Made by a program: the position numbers and the translations under genes
Assembly: GCA_002794465.1 (NCBI GenBank)
Contig: MTSL01000186.1
Location: 435 to 32,434 of the forward strand
DNA: 32,000 bases
Reading direction: 5' to 3'
Origin: Paramicrosporidium saccamoebae KSL3
Lineage: Eukaryota; Fungi; Cryptomycota
Shown: one piece after another, positions 26,601 through 32,000 of the stretch
Position numbering within the stretch: position 1 is the stretch's first letter
Layout of the letters: each line of letters begins with the position of its first letter
Notes under the pieces: generated by a model
Told to the model about the DNA's origin: nothing
Seen by the model: only the letters and a program-made list of their open reading frames with translations
Database searches by the model: none

Positions 26601-26760
26601 GTACCCATGTCGGTCTATGACTCAGAATAAAATGCTCATCATGATTCGGCATAAAAGGCTCGTCACGGCTTTTGAAACGCATACTGCGCGTGACATCCCT
26701 TGATAATACATTATTATGTAATGCGGAACGTCTCAAACAATTCCACTGAAAAGTGTACAT
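23629..26760 (-). CDS. VAS1: Valyl-tRNA synthetase (1043 aa long form; downstream in-frame ATG at 26577)
   Basis: PPNVTGSLHLGH (HIGH motif), KMSKSLGN, DWCLSRQLWWGH and DVLDTWFSS; Arg-rich N-extension ahead of MSSE. Confidence 0.97.
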   Translation of the reverse strand: MYTFQWNCLRRSALHNNVLSRDVTRSMRFKSRDEPFMPNHDEHFILSHRPTWVRTFHTVRRMSSEPVDSSKSSLMEINPEKAEKNKAKNDAKRAAKLEKLAKKQDQFKTITANAAKPKTLNISSKTEFVNDTPPGEKKDMSKPMASSYDPMAVESAWYSWWEKSGFFKPEFLGPVSDSREAFTIVMPPPNVTGSLHLGHACMLSIEDAIVRWNRMNGKAVLYLPGCDHAGIATQAVVEKTLKKEKNLSRHDLGREAFIQEVWRWKEQYGGRIYDQLRRMGASADWERACFTLDPKLNVAVKEGFIKMFEEGLIFRSNRLVNWCGKLKTSLSDLEVDMKEIEGGAMFPAHGHDPSKRYKFGTMTFIAYKVEGTEEEIVIGTTRPETVFADTALCVNPKDERYIKYHGKNVIHPVMGNAIPIICDEAADLELGTGALKVSPAHDMIDFGLGQKHNLKFITIFDDNNVLNDNCGEFAGMARYDARNAVVEFIKKNGTFREERNHPMVIPVCSRSGDFVEPRLIPQWWLDCKDMAKKSVEAVRDGSLDISPKEHEKIWYYWLENIRDWCLSRQLWWGHRIPAYIVHVEGEPRNKTLEDEVWIAAQDEHDALKKAALRLPNVDPSRITVHQDEDVLDTWFSSALWPFSTLGWPEETADFKNFYPNQLMETGSDILFFWVARMVMMGIHLTGQLPFSKVFLHALVRDAHGRKMSKSLGNVIDPIDVIEGITLDELQGRLEKGNLDPKEVKVAKAGQKADFPHGIPQCGTDALRFALCSYVAEGRDINMNINRVEGYRRFCNKLWNATRFALMKLGEDYMPEPKICLLGKESMVDKWILSRLNAAIAETNKAFEANNLMNATQAIYSFWLYELCDVYIEAIKPLLTPDNPDADSRRCASNVLYICLEQGLCLLHPFMPYVTEELYQRLVRRPQDTTQSISLAAYPLVHDEFSHPQAEAAFDKLYEVVKTVRRLASEQNVPKNATVRLSTGSKDSFGLLQAQEVALNSLVRSIGALELVDSVIEDSQPIGTLGLVDSQPIESQVFLKFNSK
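23664..23750 (-). repeat. Short in-frame duplications in the ValRS C-terminal coding region
   Basis: CGATCGGCTGAGAGTCT at 23664 and 23697; TCTACAAGC(C/T)CAAGCG(T/C)ACCGATCG at 23678 and 23726; peptide SIGALELVDSVIEDSQPIGTLGLVDSQPIES. Confidence 0.85.
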
Positions 26761-26836
26761 GTCAGCACCATCAAAGTCCGGGGCACCGTGGTAGGACCTT
26801 ACAACATAGTAGAGTCAACCTGCTGCCCCTCTGACC
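26761..26836. promoter_or_regulatory. 76-bp divergent intergenic region between the ValRS and PQ-loop start codons
   Basis: ATGs at 26760 (-) and 26837 (+); bidirectional promoter function is inferred from geometry only. Confidence 0.5.
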
Positions 26837-27889
26837 ATGACAATAACTTGGCAGCCAATTAGTTCAGAGCCCTTTATCCCACCCGACTGTAGAGTCCCGA
26901 TAGTCCCAGCGCATCTATTACTTTCCTTGTTCTTGATAGTTGGCATTGTTGTGTCATATCTCCCGCAGGTTTACAAACGGGCGGTGCTTGACCATGGTTG
27001 TAGCAACTAAAGATCATCTGGACCAGATCAAGCAATGGACTAAGTCCGTGGTATCTCCTCTTGGGTGCCTTCTCCTCCCTTTCCAATCTGCTCAATATTG
27101 TGGTGCTTCAGCTTCCCGTCATACAGTGCTGTGCAGTTGTCGTAAGTTTGCTTCTTTGGCTGCGTAACTCATGCAGAGCACCGGCCAGTGTCTGTACAAT
27201 CTTCTTGGCTTGCTCCAAGTGGTCACGCAGGTTTCCATGTTTCTGTCAATGTACCTGATCGCACACGGTCTGACTTGTAGCTTTGCCTTGTTCTATGTGT
27301 ATTTCCCGGAAGCTTACAAACAAGGCGGCACCGATGACAATCCTCGGCCTAGTAGTGAATGGAAGACTTCACTCAAAGCTCTAAGGATTATTGTCGTTTA
27401 TACGCTCCTTATTTGTGTCATATCTCTTCTTGTTGTTCTAGTTTACAATGTCCCCTCTTTCGTGGCAACTGCATGGACGGCACTCCTGGCTTTTATTGCC
27501 CTAATTTCCAGCTTGGTACAATTTATACCTCAGATCATGAGGACGTGGAAGTTAAAGGTAAACGTTGCAGTTTTGATGAAATGCAATAGATGGCCGGCGC
27601 GTTGAGTATCCCTGCAATGATGATGCAGACACCAGGATCTTTCCTGTTTTGCTATACCATCGCAATGAGTCCAGGAACCAACTTTACGTCGTGGGTGACC
27701 TACTTTGTCGGAGGATGTTTACAAGGAATACTCCTCGTTCTTTGTTTATATTATCAGCAGACCATGCCGACTGAATTCATCCTTGTACAGGAAGATGAGG
27801 ACCGCACATCCTCACTGATCGTGTCTCCCAATGCACAGCTGCTAAAATTAGAATTCGCAGAAAAGGGGGGCGTGGTGGGGGCGGCTTAA
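26837..27889 (+). CDS. PQ-loop repeat membrane protein (~306 aa), 5 exons: 26837-26968, 27004-27141, 27177-27250, 27281-27557, 27590-27889
   Basis: Manual splicing at GT-AG introns of 35, 35, 30 and 32 nt gives a continuous frame (921 nt) with two PQ motifs: GIVVSYLPQQLKII...GLSPW and SLVQFIPQIMRTWKLKMAGALSIP...QTPG. The 30-nt intron is in-frame and less certain. Confidence 0.85.
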
Positions 27890-27970
27890 TAAATATAGAC
27901 TCTCTGATTGGTTATCCCCCGGTGTGCTAATAATTACGGTCGACTCTGTTCACATTATTAACGACCGGTA

Positions 27971-29813
27971 ATGGAGAAACGAGGTGCAGAGTACGAGGAC
28001 GGCAGAGACCAAGAAACGTATAAAGCAAACATTCCTTACTTGAGTATCGAAGACGTCCAAGACAATAGTGATGAGACCCTCCCGCCGGCTGACAAGCGGC
28101 CAGAGTCATGGCAAGTAGGCGCATTACCTTCACTGGATTCTGCCGTGTCACTGGCGGGCAATCCTGCAGCATTGAGTGAGAATAATGTTCTGCTCATGAG
28201 CTCTGGCAAGTCTAGATGTTCTTCCATTAGCTCCACCATTTCTGAATCTCTGGTTGACGCCGAGCAGGCAGGGATCTTGGGCGGAATGATTAACGACCAT
28301 GCTCCGTGGAAGCAGTCCTGTGATAGTCTGCCCACTGGAAGAGGTGACAGCTTGGCGAGACATAACGGAAAGCAGTCTATAGTGACAGATCCTGGGCCAT
28401 ATGGACATGATAATGGCCATGGCAGAAACATGTCGAGTTATGGAAGCACAGTTGGGGAAGACCATGAAAATTTTATTCTAATGTATGATATGCTCACGGG
28501 AATCCGTCATTCTGTCTCAGTCTGCCAGGCTAAACCCTGTCGGCCACTATCCGAAGAAGACTTTAAATATGCACGAACGTAGAATTGAGACTATCGTGTT
28601 TGACTCTGTAGATACAACTTCCTACAAGATTCCAACGAGACGACACCATCAAAATATGAATTCCGTTTTAAAGACTACTCTCCTTGGGTATTTAGATCTC
28701 TGAGAGAAGCATTCAAGATTGACGCAGCTGACTACCTGGTACTGTCTATTTTGGTCTTCTACAAGTCTAGGTATCTTTGACAGGCAAGTACGCTTTATCA
28801 GAGATTGGGTCTCCTGGAAAGAGTGGATCTCTATTCTACTTTTCTCAAGACTTTCGTTACATTATCAAGACTATCCGGCAGTCGGAACACGAATATCTTC
28901 GAAAAATACTGCGGCACTACTATGAGCACATTAGGAAGAATCCAAACTCGCTTCTGACTCGCTTCTATGGCCTCCATCGCGTTCGCATGTCTAATATCAG
29001 CAAGATTTATTTTGTTGTTATGGGAAACATCTTCCCTCCGCACAAGGATATCCATGAAACGTTTGATTTAAAGGGATCTACATTGGGACGGTTTATCACT
29101 CCAGACGAATTGAGGCAAAAGAGCATGGCCACCCTCAAAGATTTAAATTGGATTCAGAAAAATCGCAAGCTGAAATTAGGTCCAGAAAAGGCAACCCTTC
29201 TGATGAATCAGCTGCGTTCGGACTGTCTATTTCTTTCTAAAGTGAAAATTATGGACTATAGTCTTCTTGTTGGGATCCACTACTTTTCACGGGGCAACAA
29301 GGACAATATTCGTGAAAGGTCAATGATGATGTATGAACCGACCACACCAAAGCTGGGAAGCGGTGCTCCTGCTTTCAAGCAAAGTAACATCTCTGCAGCA
29401 ATCGCAGGCGATAGTGCAGGTTTACCTCAAGAGAGAAAAATGTGTATATTCTATGGAGAAGATGGTGGATTCAGATCTAGCACAGCCGAGGGCGACGCAA
29501 GTGATGAACTATACTTTCTTGGCGTCATTGATATTTTAACACCATACACTGTGACAAAGAGAATTGAGCATGTGTTTAAATCCTTGCAGCATGACAGCGT
29601 ACACTTCTAATCACACTCAATTTGTAGAAATCAATCTCTGCAGTCAATCCATTAGAGTATAGCAAGCGGTTCCTGAGGTTTATGGCTGAGAACATTCTCC
29701 AAGATACAGAATCTGATTATGCATCCAAAGATCTTCCTCAAATCCCCTCAATGTATCGCTCTATGGATGAAAAGGACACTGTGATCATAGAAGACGAAGA
29801 TTCTCAGAATTAA
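27971..29813 (+). CDS. MSS4: Phosphatidylinositol-4-phosphate 5-kinase (~582 aa), exons 27971-28578, 28612-28738, 28771-29598, 29628-29813
   Basis: Removing introns of 33, 32 and 29 nt restores [13 protein letters not shown]...DYLVSLT...SPGKSGS...[26 protein letters not shown] and ISAVNP..Y.KRF. The start codon is tentative. Confidence 0.92.
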
Positions 29814-29865
29814 TTTATTTATGTATAAATGGTTTCTTTTCTTTTAGACCTGTGCATTTGTAACC

Positions 29866-31164
29866 ATGGAGGTCGAGACAAAGCAAGCGCCTGTCGCCAA
29901 GACGGCAGCAGAAATCGATGCTGAAATCGATGGAGACATTATTAGCATGTCAACGGACGATGTCATTACGCGAAACAGGTTATTGGAGAATGACATTCGA
30001 ATTATGAAGAGCGAAATACTGCGACTTCAACACGAGGCCTCTTCTATGAAGGAGAGGCTTCAAGACAATTTGGAAAAGATAAAGCTAAATAAGCAGCTTC
30101 CGTATCTTGTGTCCAATATTGTCGAAATCCTGGAGGTTGATCCTGAAGGCGATGCTGATGAGGAAGGTGCCAACGTGGACCTCGACGAGGCGCGTAAAGG
30201 GAAATGTGCCGTTGTAAAGACTTCTACCCGCACAACCGCCTTCCTCCCCCTCGTTGGTCTAGTTGACGTTGATACGATGAAGCCAGGCGATCTAGTGGGT
30301 GTGAACAAGGACAGCTTCCTCGTACTTGACACCCTCCCTAGCGAATACGACTCTCGTGTGAAAGCAATGGAGATTGACGAGAAGCCAACTGAAGACTACA
30401 GCGATGTTGGTGGTTTGGATAAACAGATTGAGGAACTTGTAGAGGCTGTCGTTCTTCCCATGACTCATGCCGATCGATTCAAAAAGCTGGGGATTAAGCC
30501 ACCCAAAGGAGTTCTCATGTATGGTTCTCCTGGCACTGGAAAGACCCTTTTGGCCCGTGCTTGTGCTGCCCAAACCAACTCTACCTTTTTGAAGCTTGCT
30601 GGTCCGCAACTAGTGCAAATGTACATTGGAGATGGTGCCAAGCTGGTCCGCGATGCATTTGCATTGGCAAAGGAAAAGGCACCCACTATCATCTTCATTG
30701 ACGAGCTTGATGCAGTCGGCACAAAGAGATTTGACAGCGACACCACTGGTGATCGTGAAGTGCAACGAACAATGTTGGAACTGTTGAATCAATTGGATGG
30801 TTTCAGTAGTGATGACAGGATCAAGGTGATTGCTGCCACTAATCGTGTCGATATTTTGGATCCTGCCCTACTTCGGTCCGGTCGTTTGGATCGTAAAATT
30901 GAATTCCCTCTCCCTAATGAAGAGGCACGGGCAAGAATTATGCAAATTCATGCACGCAAAATGAATGTCGGATCAGATGTTAACTTTGATGAACTTGCGC
31001 GAAGCTGTGAAGACTTTAACGGCGCCCAGTGTAAGGCTGTCTGTGTGGAGGCTGGTATGATTGCTCTACGGCGTAGTGCCAGCCAACTCTGTCATGAAGA
31101 TTTCATGGAGGGCATTCAAGAAGTTCAGGCCAAGAAAAAAGCTACTCTTCAATACTACGCCTAA
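29866..31164 (+). CDS. RPT5: 26S proteasome regulatory AAA-ATPase subunit Rpt5/PSMC3 (432 aa)
   Basis: Walker A GSPGTGKT, Walker [31 protein letters not shown] and C-terminal HbYX tail YYA. Confidence 0.97.
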   Translation: MEVETKQAPVAKTAAEIDAEIDGDIISMSTDDVITRNRLLENDIRIMKSEILRLQHEASSMKERLQDNLEKIKLNKQLPYLVSNIVEILEVDPEGDADEEGANVDLDEARKGKCAVVKTSTRTTAFLPLVGLVDVDTMKPGDLVGVNKDSFLVLDTLPSEYDSRVKAMEIDEKPTEDYSDVGGLDKQIEELVEAVVLPMTHADRFKKLGIKPPKGVLMYGSPGTGKTLLARACAAQTNSTFLKLAGPQLVQMYIGDGAKLVRDAFALAKEKAPTIIFIDELDAVGTKRFDSDTTGDREVQRTMLELLNQLDGFSSDDRIKVIAATNRVDILDPALLRSGRLDRKIEFPLPNEEARARIMQIHARKMNVGSDVNFDELARSCEDFNGAQCKAVCVEAGMIALRRSASQLCHEDFMEGIQEVQAKKKATLQYYA

Positions 31165-31251
31165 GGCTAGGATTCAATTCGGTGTAATAAAATTCCCTGA
31201 ACCGTAAGATTTAGGGATTAAACATTCTACATCTATTTATAATGCTATCAG

Positions 31252-31958
31252 CTAGGAAGGCGGGAGTTCGGGAATATCGCCAAATGTATAAGACCCCGAT
31301 TTGGGATCGCCGTGAGCAGTAGCAGCAGGCGGCGGAAGCTGGGAAATTCCTGCCGCTGGTGCAGAATGGCTCACTTGTGCTTGATTTTTGAGATTATTCA
31401 AATGCTGCAGTCGAACGGCCCTTGGTGTTCTTCCTAGTGCCACACCTTTGGACGGATCGGCCATGATTTCTGCAACCGTTCGTTGCTTCTCTTGTATAAC
31501 ATGAGCGAGTGTCTGCTTGTAGGCGTCTATGTTTCCGACGGTTCTGTTTTGTGCATAAGCCTCGCACCTCAATTCCTCGGGTGAAAAGTCTGTGTGAATA
31601 ATATTGTCGCCACCCTCCCAGCTGACATTTAGACCATAGCAGCTGAGGGGCCATTCCATTTTTATATTCAGCAGATCATGCTTAATAACGTCCTCGGGTC
31701 TAATTGTGTTATACCTCAATAACAAGCTCAGGAACCTTATGGTGTCTTGCCGTGGCACAGAACTCGGCGCTACGGGTGGCCTCGGCCTCGGCTGGGACTG
31801 TCTCGGCGAGTCATGTCGTGTCTCGTGAAATGCGGCCCTCGTGTCTTTGGAGGCTAAAGGTTATTTAACTCGCACCACTTAGTACCTCCTGGGTGTTCAA
31901 ACTTGCATTCCGAGCCAAACTGGCATCGACCTTGAACGAAGAATCGACAAATGGGCAT
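31252..31958 (-). CDS. NUP42: CCCH zinc-finger nucleoporin-like protein, Nup42/CG1(NUPL2)/Amo1 family (~212-224 aa); exon 31958-31886, intron 31885-31854, possible second in-frame intron 31735-31700
   Basis: N-terminus MPICRFFVQGRCQFGSECKFEHP (C-x7-C-x5-C-x3-H); WPLSCYG...SPEELR segment; C-terminal YTFGDIPELPP resembles the Gle1-binding motif of Nup42/CG1. Confidence 0.75.
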
Positions 31959-32000
31959 TAGTGCTCGCACCCCTGATTGGTCAGATAGTGGAAATTATTG

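Noticed and set aside
1-32000. tRNA, rRNA, transposase or reverse-transcriptase genes
   Set aside because: None recognisable by eye; tRNAscan-SE or Infernal would be needed to exclude small RNAs formally.

Overview
Eukaryotic, gene-dense fungal-type DNA in the standard genetic code. Evidence: an MDM31 gene, 29-36 nt spliceosomal introns and 50-160 bp intergenic gaps. This fits a compact early-diverging fungus, for example a Rozellomycota/Paramicrosporidium-like parasite; the taxon is an inference, not confirmed. Left ~19.3 kb: a head-to-tail tandem array of at least six paralogous intronless genes (A1-A6; A1 cut by the window edge). They encode predicted secreted proteins made of an unrecognised Trp-rich N-domain plus ~29-aa ankyrin-like repeats. 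A2-A5 each hold two modules, with a period of exactly 571 aa in A2, A4 and A5. Array features: (1) a non-coding upstream block more conserved than the genes; (2) patchwork near-identical tracts between non-equivalent modules; (3) a hotspot of change at repeats 6-7; (4) one copy with a hydrophobic C-tail that survives as a stop-interrupted relic in two others; (5) a 171-bp TGT...ACA insertion with a 4-bp target duplication and empty paralogous sites; (6) a 41-bp minisatellite in place of the upstream block in A2. Right ~12.5 kb: MDM31, a 22-bp minisatellite, a secreted bacillopeptidase-F-like subtilisin, ValRS (two in-frame starts, apparently no C-terminal coiled coil), a PQ-loop protein, PIP5K MSS4, proteasome RPT5 and an FG-less NUP42/CG1-like gene. 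All alignments and counts were done by eye; no database searches were run.
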